Shown here piece by piece: positions 9,447-23,183 of a stretch of DNA of 64,000 bases. The translations under genes and the position numbers were made by a program. Source of the DNA: Burkholderiales bacterium (GTDB lineage Bacteria; Pseudomonadota; Gammaproteobacteria; Burkholderiales; SG8-39); the NCBI GenBank assembly GCA_035499735.1, contig DATJYC010000050.1, positions 658 to 64,657 on the forward strand, in the 5' to 3' direction. The notes under the pieces were generated by a model that ran no database searches, was not told the origin of the DNA, and was given only the letters and a program-made list of their open reading frames with translations. Every line of letters starts with the position of its first letter. Positions within the stretch are counted from its first letter, which is position 1.

Positions 9447-10801
9447 CTTTCGGCCCGGGGACCCGGTTTTCTCAGCAGGGCGTAGTAGAAACCGTCACTG
9501 GCGGCACTCGGCAGTATCTGGCCATCGGTGTCGTCGTCCCATCCGGGGAGCTTCGGGAGCGGCAATCGCTCCGCTTGAGGTTGCCGCACGCGGAATTCCC
9601 GCACCTGAGCACCGTTCTCCTCCGGGAAAACCGAGCACGTCGCGTACAGCAATTTACCACCCGGCGCGAGCACCCGCCACAGTGCGTCGAGCAGTTGGGC
9701 CTGCACGTTGCCGAACTCCGCCAAGTCGCTGCGACGCCGCAGCCACTTGATGTCGGGGTGGCGTCGCACGACGCCCGAAGCCGAGCAGGGTGCATCCAGC
9801 AGGATGCGGTCGAAGAGCATCCCGTCGGAAAACGATTCCGGCTCGCGGCAATCGGCCACGACGACCTTCGCCGACAGCCGCAGCCGGCTTAGATTCTCGG
9901 AGATGCGCCTCGCCCTCTCCGCATCCGCGTCGGCCGCCACGAGATCGAGGCGCGCGATCTCCAGAAGGTGGCCCGTCTTTCCCCCAGGCGCTGCGCACGC
10001 GTCGAGCACCCGCATACCGTCTCTTGCGTCGAGGAGAAACGCGGCGCGCTGTGCGCCGAGATCTTGTACCGAGACCTCGCCGTCTGCGAAGCCTGGCAGG
10101 CGCTCGATGCGACAGGGCCTTCCGAGAAGCACCGCTTCCCGTCCCAGCGCGCGGGCGGCGATGCCGGCTTGAGCGAGCCGCTCCAGATAGGACTCTGCGG
10201 AGTGACGGCGCCGGTTGACGCGCAGAATCATCGGCGGGTGCAGGTTCGACTCGAGGAGCATCGATTGCCACCGCCCCGGGTACGCTGCACGCACTTCGTC
10301 GATCCACCAATTCGGGTGACGGTAGCGCCCGGTCTCGGTGCCCTCGATCTCCGACAACAGCTCATCCCGCCGGCGCTGAAAGTTGCGCAGCACCGCGTTC
10401 ACCATGCCCTTGAGGCGTGCCTTCCCAAGCAGGGTCGCTGCTTCCACGGACTGGTGCACCACGGCGTGCGCCGACTGGGGTCGCGAAACGAGCTCTGCCA
10501 GCGCCGCGAGCAGCAAGCCGCGCACGGGAAGGTCGGTGAGCGGCTTCTGCACGAGCCGGTCCAGAGCCGCATCGATGAGGCCGTAGCCCCGCAGGGCGTT
10601 GTAGCAGAGGTCCTGCGCTGCTGCGGCTAGGTCCGGCTGTGCGGCTCGGTTCTTGAGATCGGCGAGCGCCTCGCTCAGGCTCCGTCCGGCCAGCACCCTT
10701 CCCAGCGCGCGCGCTGCGACGGCAAGTGCTTCCGCGAGGGAGTGTCGGGCGGCGACCGTGGACAAGGACGTGCTGCCGAAGGTGACGGGCGTTGCGCGCA
10801 T
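9443..10801 (-). CDS. rsmB: 16S rRNA (cytosine967-C5)-methyltransferase
   Basis: NusB-like N-terminus followed by SAM MTase motifs (VLDACAAPGGKT, DRILLDAPCSASGV, LLYATCS); downstream of fmt as in most proteobacteria. Confidence 0.93.
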   Translation of the reverse strand: MRATPVTFGSTSLSTVAARHSLAEALAVAARALGRVLAGRSLSEALADLKNRAAQPDLAAAAQDLCYNALRGYGLIDAALDRLVQKPLTDLPVRGLLLAALAELVSRPQSAHAVVHQSVEAATLLGKARLKGMVNAVLRNFQRRRDELLSEIEGTETGRYRHPNWWIDEVRAAYPGRWQSMLLESNLHPPMILRVNRRRHSAESYLERLAQAGIAARALGREAVLLGRPCRIERLPGFADGEVSVQDLGAQRAAFLLDARDGMRVLDACAAPGGKTGHLLEIARLDLVAADADAERARRISENLSRLRLSAKVVVADCREPESFSDGMLFDRILLDAPCSASGVVRRHPDIKWLRRRSDLAEFGNVQAQLLDALWRVLAPGGKLLYATCSVFPEENGAQVREFRVRQPQAERLPLPKLPGWDDDTDGQILPSAASDGFYYALLRKPGPRAER

Positions 10802-10834
10802 TATAGGCGCGACGCCGCCGGGCGCACCCCGCCC

Positions 10835-11761
10835 CTAGGCCTCGAAGCGTTCCCCCGGGGAGGCTGCAAACCCGCGCAGGAAGTCAGCCGCCTTCAGCCG
10901 CTTTCCCCCGGCGCGCTGCAACTCGGTGATGACGACCGCATTTTCTCCACAGGCGACGCGCAAGCCATCCTTGTCCGCGCTCAGCACCTCGCCGGGCTCT
11001 CCTTTGCCAGGAGCGATGTCGCAGCCCCAGATCTTGAAATCGACGCCGCGAAGACGCGCCCCGGCGCCCGGCGAGGGGTTGAACGCTCGCACCCGCCGAT
11101 TCACCTTGCTCGCGGCCTCCCGCCAGTCCACCCGGAATTCCGGCTTGCCAGGCTTCGGGGCATAAGTCACGCCCTCGGCCGCCTGGGGAAACGCGTGGAG
11201 CTCGCCCGCTTCGAGCGCGTCCAAGGCGTGAACAGCCAGCATGCCGCCGAGCGCCGCGAGCCGGTCCGTCAGCGTTCCCGCGGTGTCCTCTCGCGAGATC
11301 GGAATGGCTTCCTGTAGAAGCACAGGGCCCGTGTCCAGCCCGGCATCCATCAGCATGATCGACACGCCGGTCACCTCGTCCCCTGCGAGCAGCGCCCTCT
11401 GCACGGGCGCCGCTCCGCGCCAACGCGGCAGCAGTGAAGCGTGGACATTGAGTGCGCCCCGGGGCGCCACGTCGAGCACTTGCTGTGGAAGGAGCAACCC
11501 GAAGGCGGCAGTGACGAGGGCCTCGGGCCTGAGCTGCCTGATCTCATCTAGCGCGGCCGCGTCCCTGAGCGTCGGCGGCTGCAGGACGGGAATCCCGCGA
11601 CCGGCCGCGAGCTTCTTGACGGGCGGCGCCGCGGGTGCGAGCCCGCGACCGGCGGGACGATCGGGCTGCGTCATCACCCCGCACACATCGTGGCGCGACT
11701 CGAGGAGCGCCGCAAGGCAGCGCGCGGCGAATTCCGGGGTGCCGGCGAACAGGATTCTCAC
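10835..11761 (-). CDS. fmt: Methionyl-tRNA formyltransferase
   Basis: MRILFAGTPEFA...TQPDRPAGRG...HASLLPRWRGAAP motifs; def-fmt pairing. Confidence 0.96.
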   Translation of the reverse strand: MRILFAGTPEFAARCLAALLESRHDVCGVMTQPDRPAGRGLAPAAPPVKKLAAGRGIPVLQPPTLRDAAALDEIRQLRPEALVTAAFGLLLPQQVLDVAPRGALNVHASLLPRWRGAAPVQRALLAGDEVTGVSIMLMDAGLDTGPVLLQEAIPISREDTAGTLTDRLAALGGMLAVHALDALEAGELHAFPQAAEGVTYAPKPGKPEFRVDWREAASKVNRRVRAFNPSPGAGARLRGVDFKIWGCDIAPGKGEPGEVLSADKDGLRVACGENAVVITELQRAGGKRLKAADFLRGFAASPGERFEA

Positions 11762-11797
11762 AGTTCGCCCGCCCTTAGGGAGCCGCGACGTGAACCC

Positions 11798-12301
11798 TCA
11801 AGCCGTCTGGCGGAGCTGTTTTTGAAGTTTCGCCTTGATGCGCTGTTGCTTGAGCCGCGAGAGATACTCGACGAAGACCTTGCCTTCCAGATGATCCATC
11901 TCGTGCTGGATGCACACTGCGAGCAGCTTGTCCGCGGTCATCGTGAAAGGCTTGCCGTCCAGCCCCAGCGCGCGCACGGTCACGCGCTCGGCGCGCTCGA
12001 CCGCCTCGTAGATGCCGGGCACCGACAGGCACCCCTCCTCGCAATACTGTACGCCCTCGCGTAAGGCGATCTCCGGATTGATCAGAACGAGGAGCTTATC
12101 TCGCGTCTCCGACGCATCGATGACGATGACGCGCCTGTGTACGTCGACCTGCGTCGCCGCGAGCCCCATGCCGGGCGCCGCGTACATGGTCTGAGCCATG
12201 TCGCGGACAAGCGCGCGGACCGAATCGTCCACCTTGGAGACCGGCTCGGCCTTCCGGTAGAGCCTCGGATCGGGGTAGCGAAGGATATCAAGGGCCGTCA
12301 T
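11798..12301 (-). CDS. def: Peptide deformylase
   Basis: [17 protein letters not shown] and QHEMDHL metal-binding motifs. Start taken at ATG 12301 ([14 protein letters not shown]); the track ORF is 24 codons longer. Confidence 0.95.
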   Translation of the reverse strand: MTALDILRYPDPRLYRKAEPVSKVDDSVRALVRDMAQTMYAAPGMGLAATQVDVHRRVIVIDASETRDKLLVLINPEIALREGVQYCEEGCLSVPGIYEAVERAERVTVRALGLDGKPFTMTADKLLAVCIQHEMDHLEGKVFVEYLSRLKQQRIKAKLQKQLRQTA

Positions 12302-12411
12302 AAATACTTGCAAATTGAGAGCATTAGATGCAAAATTTAATGCAGACTGTAAAAAGCGAGCCGCAGCAGCCAATATGGGGACAGCGGCGCGCCAATCAAA
12401 ACGAGGCGGTC

Positions 12412-13500
12412 ATGCAAAAGTCTATCACAGCTCTCCTCGTGCTCAGCCTCGCAGGCACTGCCTGGGTCGCGCTCGCGCAGGGCGACCTGCAGGTGAAAGA
12501 CGTGAAGGACACCGCGCCCGACCGCTATGTCGTGCAGAAGGGTGACACGCTCTGGGGCATAGCGAGCAAGTTTCTCAACGACCAGTGGCGCTGGCCGCAG
12601 ATCTGGCGCATGAACCAGGAGCAGATTCGCAATCCACACCAGATCTCGCCGGGTGACGTGCTCGTGCTCGATCGCAGCGTGTCCCCTCCGCAGCTTCGCC
12701 TGGGAGGCGGCCCGGCGCGCGCCGGGGGTGAGAACACGGAATCGGTCAAACTCCTTCCGCGCATATACACCAGTCCGGTGGCGAGCGGGGCGATTCCCGC
12801 CATTCCGCCCCGGGCGATCGAGCCGTTCCTCTCGCAGCCGCTGCTGATCGAGGAAGGTGGGCTCGACCGCGCCCCGCGCATCATTGCCACCGAGGAGAAC
12901 CGGGTCAATCTCGGAGCGGGCAACGTGGCCTACGTCAGCGGGTTCGGCAAGGCCACGGACCCGGTGTGGCAGGTCTATCGCACCGGACAGCCCTTGGTCG
13001 ATCCCGAAAGCAACCTGACCCTGGGCTACGAAGCCGTGTTCCTCGGGACCGCGCGCGTCACGCGTTCGGGCGAGCCCGCGACCGTGCAGATCGTGAACTC
13101 CAAGAAAGAGATCTCAGCGGGCGACCGGCTCATCCCTGCGCCGCCCCCCGTCATCCCCCAATACGTTCCGCACGCGCCGGAGGCCAAGGTCAGCGGACGC
13201 ATCATCGGGCTCTACGACGCACTTTTCACGAGCAGCGGGGGACGCGATTCGATCATCTCGATCAACCGCGGCAGGCGACACGGGCTAGAGGCCGGAAACG
13301 TGCTTGCGATCTACCGCAACGTGGTGGTGTACGACCAAAAGGACTACCTCAGGTCGCGTGATCGTTCCCAAGCCATCCAGCTGCCTCCGGAACGCTACGG
13401 GGTCGTATACATTTTCCGCACATTCAATTCCGTCTCCTATGGTCTCGTGATGGAGAGTTCGAGGCCGGTTCAAGGCGGCGACATCGTTCAGAACCCCTGA
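12412..13500 (+). CDS. LysM peptidoglycan-binding domain protein (secreted)
   Basis: Signal peptide MQKSITALLVLSLAGTAWVALAQ, then LysM motif YVVQKGDTLWGIASKF...ISPGDVLVL. ATG 12412 is preceded by GAGG. Conserved position between def and dprA. Confidence 0.85.
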   Translation: MQKSITALLVLSLAGTAWVALAQGDLQVKDVKDTAPDRYVVQKGDTLWGIASKFLNDQWRWPQIWRMNQEQIRNPHQISPGDVLVLDRSVSPPQLRLGGGPARAGGENTESVKLLPRIYTSPVASGAIPAIPPRAIEPFLSQPLLIEEGGLDRAPRIIATEENRVNLGAGNVAYVSGFGKATDPVWQVYRTGQPLVDPESNLTLGYEAVFLGTARVTRSGEPATVQIVNSKKEISAGDRLIPAPPPVIPQYVPHAPEAKVSGRIIGLYDALFTSSGGRDSIISINRGRRHGLEAGNVLAIYRNVVVYDQKDYLRSRDRSQAIQLPPERYGVVYIFRTFNSVSYGLVMESSRPVQGGDIVQNP

Positions 13501-13532
13501 CACAGGCGGAAATCTTCCAGGAACGCTCCAAC

Positions 13533-14606
13533 ATGAACGATTCGGGCGATCTGGCCGCCTGGATCGAGCTGAGCCTGGTGCCGGGACTCGGTGGCGGGCG
13601 GTTCCGTTCACTCCTTTCCGTATTCGGCCTTCCTACCAACGTCCTGCGGGCGACGCGTCCCCAGCTGTGCCGCGTCGTTCCCGAGCAGCTCGCCGAGAGC
13701 ATCCTCGGGCACAAGCGCGGCGCCGAAGTCGACAAGGCGCTGAGATGGGCGGAGAAACCCGGGCATGCGGTGCTCACGCTCGCGGACGGCGCTTACCCCA
13801 AGCAGCTGCTGGAGATACCCGATCCGCCGGCGCTGCTCTACGTCGCGGGCGAGTTGCAGCTGCTGTCTTCCCAGGCGCTTGCTGTCGTAGGGAGCCGGAA
13901 TGCCACGCCCCAGGGCCTCAAGAACGCCCACGCCTTCGCGCGCGCTCTCAGCGACGCTGGGTTGGCGGTCGTGAGCGGTCTCGCGCTCGGTGTCGACAGC
14001 GAAGCGCACCGCGGCGGACTCGAGGGCCGCGGCTCGACGCTTGCCGTGCTCGGCACGGGCGTGGACGTTACGTATCCGCGGCGCAACACGCCGCTCGCGG
14101 ACGAAATCGCGTCACGGGGCGCGCTGGTGAGCGAATTTCCGCTGGGGACGGAACCCTACGCCGGCAACTTTCCCCGCCGCAACCGGCTGATCTCAGGTCT
14201 CGCCAAGGGCTGCCTCGTCGTCGAGGCCGCGTTGGATTCCGGATCGCTGATTACGGCGCGCTTGGCCGCCGACCAGGGCCGCGAGGTATTCGCCATTCCC
14301 GGATCCATCCACTCGCCTTTGTCGAAGGGCTGCCACGCGCTGATCAAGCAGGGCGCCAAGCTGGTCGAAAGCGCGCACGACGTGCTCGAGGAACTTGGTC
14401 TTGCGGTGCGCCCGCCGGAAGAAGCGCCGGACTCCGGCGCCGGCCACGATCTGCTGGACAAGATGGGCTACGACCCCTGCGACATCGACGAGATCGTCGC
14501 GCGCAGCGGCCTGCCCGTGGAAGCGGTTTCCGCGACGTTGCTCCAGCTGGAGCTGGACGGGAAGATAGCGGGCCTCCCCGGAGGCCTTTACCAACGCGTC
14601 CGCTGA
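13533..14606 (+). CDS. dprA: DNA-processing protein DprA/Smf
   Basis: Rossmann-like DprA core (AVVGSRNATPQG...GLALGVDSEAHRG...GTGVDVTYPRRN...FPRRNRLISGL). Confidence 0.93.
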   Translation: MNDSGDLAAWIELSLVPGLGGGRFRSLLSVFGLPTNVLRATRPQLCRVVPEQLAESILGHKRGAEVDKALRWAEKPGHAVLTLADGAYPKQLLEIPDPPALLYVAGELQLLSSQALAVVGSRNATPQGLKNAHAFARALSDAGLAVVSGLALGVDSEAHRGGLEGRGSTLAVLGTGVDVTYPRRNTPLADEIASRGALVSEFPLGTEPYAGNFPRRNRLISGLAKGCLVVEAALDSGSLITARLAADQGREVFAIPGSIHSPLSKGCHALIKQGAKLVESAHDVLEELGLAVRPPEEAPDSGAGHDLLDKMGYDPCDIDEIVARSGLPVEAVSATLLQLELDGKIAGLPGGLYQRVR

Positions 14607-14612
14607 GGAAAC

Positions 14613-15071
14613 ATGTTCGACATACTCGTATATCTGTTCGAGAACTACTATCAGGCGCAGGCCTATCCGGACTATGACACGCTGGAGCGGAAGCTCCACG
14701 CCGCAGGCTTTGAGAACGACGACATTCACGACGCGCTGGACTGGCTGAACAGCCTCACGCGCCACGCCGACGAAGGCATTCCGGAATCGCTGGACACGCG
14801 CACGTCTTTCCGGGGCTACACCACCGACGAATCCACCAAGCTGCCTCCGGAGAGCCGCGGCTTCATCGCCTTCCTGGAAAGCGCAAAGATCCTCACGCCG
14901 CTCCTGCGCGAGCTCATCATCGAGCGCGCGATGGGCCTCCCGAGCGAGACCGTAGGGCTCGACAAGCTCAAGGTCATCGTGCTGATGGTGCTCTGGACGC
15001 GGCGCGGCAACGTCGACGCGCTGGTGCTCGACGAGCTCATTCCGGACGACGAGAAGCGGCAGATGCATTGA
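14613..15071 (+). CDS. smg: Smg protein (DUF494)
   Basis: MFDILVYLFENY N-terminus typical of Smg; conserved dprA-smg-topoisomerase order. Confidence 0.9.
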   Translation: MFDILVYLFENYYQAQAYPDYDTLERKLHAAGFENDDIHDALDWLNSLTRHADEGIPESLDTRTSFRGYTTDESTKLPPESRGFIAFLESAKILTPLLRELIIERAMGLPSETVGLDKLKVIVLMVLWTRRGNVDALVLDELIPDDEKRQMH

Positions 15072-15111
15072 CGCGAGCGCGTCGCTCGCTCCGGGAAGCG
15101 GCGGCAGTTCC

Positions 15112-15140
15112 TTGCCTCGCTTTCCGATTCCACTTATGAT
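15112..15140 (+). promoter_or_regulatory. Candidate sigma70 promoter for topB
   Basis: TTGCCT (15112-15117), 17-nt spacer, TATGAT (15135-15140), 64 nt upstream of the GTG start. Confidence 0.4.
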
Positions 15141-15203
15141 TCTGCGCTTCGCGCAGCGCCGGCCGGACCGCGGCCTCCGGCTGCTTGCGGTCTTCGCTTC
15201 CCC

Positions 15204-17768
15204 GTGACCAAGAAACTCATCATCGCCGAAAAGCCTTCCGTGGCGAACGACATCGCCCGCACTCTGGGAGGCTTCACTCGCCACGGCGACTATTACGAAA
15301 GCCGCGACTACGTCCTCTCCTCAGCGATAGGCCATCTGCTCGAGCTTGTCCCGCCCGAAGGCGTCGAGGTGAAGCGGGGCAAGTGGTCGTTCGCGCACCT
15401 TCCGGTGATTCCTCCGCACTTCGATCTCAGGCCCATCGAACGCACCGAGGAGCGCCTCCGGCTCCTCGTGAAGCTGCTCAAGCGCAAGGACGTCTCCGGC
15501 GTCATCAACGCCTGCGATGCCGGCAGGGAAGGCGAGCTGATTTTCCGCTACATCGTGCGGCACGCGGAGAGCAAGAAGCCCGTCGAGCGCCTGTGGCTGC
15601 AGTCCATGACCCCGGGCTCGATCAAGGAGGGTTTCGAGCAGCTGCGCAAGGACCGGGAACTACTTCCCCTGGCCGACGCGGCCTTGTGCCGCTCCGAGTC
15701 GGATTGGCTCGTCGGTATCAACGGGACGCGCGCGATGACGGCGTTCAACTCCAAGGAAGGCGGCTTCTACAAGACCACGGTCGGTCGGGTGCAGACGCCG
15801 ACGCTCGCGATCCTGGTCGAGCGGGAGGAGCGCATACGCGCGTTCAAGCCGCGCGACTACTGGGAGCTCCATGCCACCTTCGCCGCGACGGCTGGAGAAT
15901 ACGTCGGCCGCTGGTTCGACGAAGGGTTCCAGAAGCCGAAGGAGGACGGCGAAGCGAGACCCGAGAGGCTCTGGGACAAGACGCGCGCCGACGCGATCCG
16001 CGAGAAATGCCTCGGAAAGACCGGCGTAGCGACCGAGGAGTCGAAGCCCGCTTCTCAGCTCTCGCCGATGCTCTACGACCTCACAAGCTTGCAGCGCGAG
16101 GCCAACGGGCGCTTTGGTTTCTCGGCGAGAACCACGCTCTCCCTCGCGCAGGCCCTGTACGAGAAGCACAAGGCACTCACCTATCCCCGCACCGATTCGC
16201 GCGCCCTGCCTGAGGACTATCTCGGCACGGTGAAGAAGACGCTCGAGGTTCTCGCCGGTCAGAAGGGCGCCGGCTACGGGCCCCACGCCGCGCGCATCCT
16301 GAAGCAGGGCTGGGTCCGGCCGAACAGGAGGATCTTCGACAACAAGAAGATCTCGGATCACTTCGCGATCATCCCCACGATGCAGCCGCCCCGCCATCTC
16401 TCCGAAGCGGAAGCGAAGCTCTACGACATGGTCGTCAGGCGCTTCCTTGCGGTGTTCTTCCCGGCGGCGGAGTACCTCGTCACCACGCGGATCACGCGCG
16501 TCGAAGGGGAGGCGTTCAAGACCGAGGGCCGCGTCATGACCGAGCCGGGCTGGCTCCAGGTCTATGGCAAGGACGTCGAGACCGCGGAGTCTCCCAGCCT
16601 GGTCTCGATCAAGAACGGCGAGAAGGTCGGCACGCGCGAGATCGAGGTGCGGGCCAGCCAGACGAAGCCGCCGGCGCGATTCACCGAGGCGACGCTCCTC
16701 TCGGCGATGGAGGGAGCGGGCAAGCTGGTCGAGGACGAGGAATTGCGCGAGGCGATGAGCGAAAAGGGCCTCGGGACCCCGGCCACGCGCGCGCAGATCA
16801 TCGAGGGGCTGATTTTCGAGGATTACGTGCACCGGGTCGGGCGCGACCTTCACCCCACGCCCAAGGCCTTCTCCCTCCTCTTCGCGCTTCGCCACTTCGG
16901 CGTGACCGAGCTGTGCTCTCCGGAGCTCACCGGGAATTGGGAATTCCAGCTCAAGCAGATGGAGCACGGCGCGCTGCCCCGCAGCGCGTTCATGGATCAC
17001 ATCGTCGATCTTACCCGCGAGATGGTCGCCCGAATCAAGCGCGGCGACATCCCTGACACCGCGTTTCTTACCCTCAAGGCTCCCTGTCCGAAGTGCGGGA
17101 GCGTCGTGCAAGAGAACTACCGCAAGTTCAAGTGCACCAAATGCGATTTTTCGATCTGGAAGGTGGTCTCCAGCCGCGAATTTGCCCCAGAGGAGATCGA
17201 GACGCTGATAGACAAGAAATCCGTCGGGCCGCTCACCGGGTTCCGCAGCCGGATGGGCAAGCCGTTTGCCGCGGTGGTGCGGCTCACGCCCGAGTTTCGC
17301 GCCGAGTTCGATTTCGGCAGGCCACCCGAAGGCGAGACCGCGGAAAAGGTGGACCTCACGGGTCTGACGCCTCTGGGTCCGTGCCCGAAATGCGGGGGTC
17401 GGGTGTTCGAGCAGCCCATGGCGTACGTCTGCGAGAACGGCATCAACGAGCCGCGCACCTGCGATTTCCGATCCGGCCGGGTAATTCTCCAGCGTCCGAT
17501 CGAGCGCGAGGAGATCCAGAAGCTCCTCGCGACGGGCAGGACCGACCTTCTGCATCGCTTCATTTCGCGCAAAGGCCGCCCGTTCTCCGCGTTTCTCGTG
17601 CGGGGCGCCGACGGCAAGGTGGGGTTCGAGTTCGCACCCCGCGCGGGCAAGGCGCGGCCGCAGAGGAAGGAGACCGCGGCCGAGCCGGCCAAGGCGAAGA
17701 CCGAGCAGGCCCGGCCCCGCGCGAAGCGCGGTGCGCGGACGAAACCGCGTACCCGGAAGGCCGCCTAG
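15204..17768 (+). CDS. topB: DNA topoisomerase III (type IA) with C-terminal Zn-ribbon repeats and a basic tail
   Basis: Toprim LIIAEKPS and CDAGREGELIF; SESDWLVGINGTRAMT; active-site region YEKHKALTYPRTDS. Two CPKCG Zn ribbons and a Lys/Arg-rich C-terminus. Confidence 0.9.
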   Translation: MTKKLIIAEKPSVANDIARTLGGFTRHGDYYESRDYVLSSAIGHLLELVPPEGVEVKRGKWSFAHLPVIPPHFDLRPIERTEERLRLLVKLLKRKDVSGVINACDAGREGELIFRYIVRHAESKKPVERLWLQSMTPGSIKEGFEQLRKDRELLPLADAALCRSESDWLVGINGTRAMTAFNSKEGGFYKTTVGRVQTPTLAILVEREERIRAFKPRDYWELHATFAATAGEYVGRWFDEGFQKPKEDGEARPERLWDKTRADAIREKCLGKTGVATEESKPASQLSPMLYDLTSLQREANGRFGFSARTTLSLAQALYEKHKALTYPRTDSRALPEDYLGTVKKTLEVLAGQKGAGYGPHAARILKQGWVRPNRRIFDNKKISDHFAIIPTMQPPRHLSEAEAKLYDMVVRRFLAVFFPAAEYLVTTRITRVEGEAFKTEGRVMTEPGWLQVYGKDVETAESPSLVSIKNGEKVGTREIEVRASQTKPPARFTEATLLSAMEGAGKLVEDEELREAMSEKGLGTPATRAQIIEGLIFEDYVHRVGRDLHPTPKAFSLLFALRHFGVTELCSPELTGNWEFQLKQMEHGALPRSAFMDHIVDLTREMVARIKRGDIPDTAFLTLKAPCPKCGSVVQENYRKFKCTKCDFSIWKVVSSREFAPEEIETLIDKKSVGPLTGFRSRMGKPFAAVVRLTPEFRAEFDFGRPPEGETAEKVDLTGLTPLGPCPKCGGRVFEQPMAYVCENGINEPRTCDFRSGRVILQRPIEREEIQKLLATGRTDLLHRFISRKGRPFSAFLVRGADGKVGFEFAPRAGKARPQRKETAAEPAKAKTEQARPRAKRGARTKPRTRKAA

Positions 17769-17769
17769 C

Positions 17770-21316
<3,547 letters not shown>

Positions 21317-21355
21317 TTTATTTTCCTTGATGATGATGATGACCGCGGCCTGTTG

Positions 21356-21364
21356 CGTGGATAA
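21356..21364 (-). promoter_or_regulatory. Near-consensus DnaA box in the dnaA-dnaN spacer
   Basis: Plus strand reads CGTGGATAA, one mismatch from TGTGGATAA (reverse complement TTATCCACG). Confidence 0.55.
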
Positions 21365-21516
21365 CACGCGCGGATGTAGCGTTCATGCGGCGAGCCGAAG
21401 CGGCAAAGGCTGTGAGTAACTGCGCGCACGATCTTGCGGAAAGACTGGACAAAATTGCACATCGAGTCGCTGGATGCGTTTGCTCACAAGTCGTCCACGG
21501 CTTTTGCGCAGCTTGA

Positions 21517-22860
21517 TCACCCTTTCAGAACCTGCTCGAGCACGTGGTAGTCACGGTTGATCTCATGGTTCTTCTCCCGCAGTGTCGCGATGGTGCGGCA
21601 CGCGTGGAGAACGGTCGTGTGGTCGCGGTTGCCGAAGGCGTCCCCGATATCCGGGAGACTCATCTGTGTCAGGTCCTTGGCGAGCGCCATGGCGAGCTGT
21701 CGCGGGCGGGCAACGCTCCGGCTGCGCTTTTTCGAGTGCATGTCCGAGACCTTGATCTTGTAGTACTCGGCGACCGTTTTCTGGATGTTGTCGACCGTGA
21801 TCTGGCGGTTCTGCGCGCTGAGCAGGTCCCTGAGGGCCTCTTTGGCTGTATCGAGCGTGATGTCGCGCCCGTTGAAGCGCGAATAGGCGACTACGCTCTT
21901 GAGGGCGCCCTCCAGCTCGCGCACGTTCGAGCGGATGTGCTTGGCGATGAAGAACGCGACCTCCTCCGAGAGCTTGAGCGACACGGCCTCGGCCTTCTTG
22001 AGGATGATTGCTACGCGCATCTCCTGCTCGGGCGGCTCGATGGCGACCGTCAGGCCCCACGAAAACCGCGACTTCAGCCGCTCGTCTATCCCCGCCAGGT
22101 CCTTTGGATAGGTGTCGCAGGTGATGATCAGCTGCTTGTGCGATTCGATAAGCGCGTTGAATGCGTAGAAGAATTCTTCCTGAGTGCGGTCCTTTCCGGT
22201 GAAGAATTGGATGTCGTCGATGAGCAGCAGGTCGAGCGAGTGGTAGTAGCGTTTGAACTCGTCGAAGGATTTCTGCTGATAGGCCCGGATCACGTCCGAG
22301 ATATATTGCGCTGCGTGGAGGTAGCGCACCCGGGCATTGGGATGCTGCTGCAGGACATGATTGCCCACGGCGTGGATCAGGTGGGTCTTGCCGAGGCCGA
22401 CCCCGCCATAGATGAACAGGGGGTTGTACGACGTGCCTGGGTGCTCGGCGACCTGAAGGGCCGCGGCGCGGGCGAGCTGGTTCGCCTTGCCGGCGACAAA
22501 CCCGTCGAAGTTGAATTCCTGGATGAGACTGGAGCGATCGTGAACCGGCTTGGGGGTAGGGCTCCTCGGGGCGCGCGCCGCAGGCGCGGCCGGCGACACA
22601 GGCTCAGAAGGCGCGGAGGACTCGAGGGTCAGGGATACGCGAATCGGCGAGGAGAAGAACTCGGCGCCCAGCGCTTCGAGTCGCGGCGTGAAGCGCTCTT
22701 TCACCCACTGGAGCACGAAGCGGTTGGGGGCGAGCAGCCGCAATTCCCCGGAGGGCGCCGCAGAAGTGTCCAATTTGAGCGGTCGAATCCAGGTATTAAA
22801 CTGCTGAGCCGGAAGCTCTTTTTCTAGTCGGCTCAGGCATGAAGCCCAGAAACCCTGCAT
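21517..22860 (-). CDS. dnaA: Chromosomal replication initiator protein DnaA
   Basis: Walker [11 protein letters not shown], Walker B LLIDDIQF, sensor and DnaA-signature helix ([29 protein letters not shown]). Confidence 0.98.
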   Translation of the reverse strand: MQGFWASCLSRLEKELPAQQFNTWIRPLKLDTSAAPSGELRLLAPNRFVLQWVKERFTPRLEALGAEFFSSPIRVSLTLESSAPSEPVSPAAPAARAPRSPTPKPVHDRSSLIQEFNFDGFVAGKANQLARAAALQVAEHPGTSYNPLFIYGGVGLGKTHLIHAVGNHVLQQHPNARVRYLHAAQYISDVIRAYQQKSFDEFKRYYHSLDLLLIDDIQFFTGKDRTQEEFFYAFNALIESHKQLIITCDTYPKDLAGIDERLKSRFSWGLTVAIEPPEQEMRVAIILKKAEAVSLKLSEEVAFFIAKHIRSNVRELEGALKSVVAYSRFNGRDITLDTAKEALRDLLSAQNRQITVDNIQKTVAEYYKIKVSDMHSKKRSRSVARPRQLAMALAKDLTQMSLPDIGDAFGNRDHTTVLHACRTIATLREKNHEINRDYHVLEQVLKG

Positions 22861-22899
22861 GAACTTTTGTCGGCTGGATTCGAGGAAAACTGCGCTCGT

Positions 22900-22928
22900 A
22901 TTTTACTCGTTTCGGGAGGAGTTATCCA
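22900..22928 (-). promoter_or_regulatory. Candidate dnaA promoter (minus strand)
   Basis: Minus strand reads TGGATA (22928-22923), 17-nt spacer, TAAAAT (22905-22900), about 40 nt upstream of the dnaA ATG. The -35 is embedded in the DnaA box. Confidence 0.5.
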
Positions 22929-22930
22929 CA
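22922..22930 (+). promoter_or_regulatory. Perfect DnaA box (TTATCCACA)
   Basis: Exact 9-mer TTATCCACA at 22922-22930 in the rpmH-dnaA intergenic region, overlapping the putative dnaA -35. This is the classic autoregulatory arrangement. Confidence 0.8.
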
Positions 22931-22984
22931 GCCAAAACGCTCGTTTTCGCGAGCTGTCTCGCTCGCTTGTAGATGCGCGCGTCG

Positions 22985-23014
22985 TTGACAATCCCACTCC
23001 ATATCCAGTCTAAT
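22985..23014 (+). promoter_or_regulatory. Candidate sigma70 promoter for rpmH-rnpA
   Basis: TTGACA (22985-22990), 18-nt spacer, TCTAAT (23009-23014), 35 nt upstream of the rpmH ATG. Confidence 0.55.
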
Positions 23015-23048
23015 CGAGGGTTCTTTTCGCCATAGAAATCTCTCGTCG

Positions 23049-23183
23049 ATGAAGCGTACTTTCCACCCTTCCGTAGTCCGCAAGAAGCGCACTCACGGAT
23101 TTCTCGTACGTATGCGCACGCGCGGAGGCCGCGCCGTGATTCGGGCCCGCCGTGCCAAGGGCCGCGCCCGGTTGAGCGTTTGA
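23049..23183 (+). CDS. rpmH: 50S ribosomal protein L34 (absent from the supplied ORF track because it is only 44 aa)
   Basis: Hand translation: [44 protein letters not shown], the canonical L34 sequence, immediately upstream of rnpA. Confidence 0.97.
   Translation: MKRTFHPSVVRKKRTHGFLVRMRTRGGRAVIRARRAKGRARLSV

Noticed and set aside
21328-21342. (TGA)5 trinucleotide repeat 12-26 nt upstream of the dnaN start (possible phase-variable tract)
   Set aside because: It has only five units and lies in the untranslated leader, not in a coding frame. It precedes an essential gene, so slipped-strand switching is implausible. It is probably incidental AT-rich leader/SD context.
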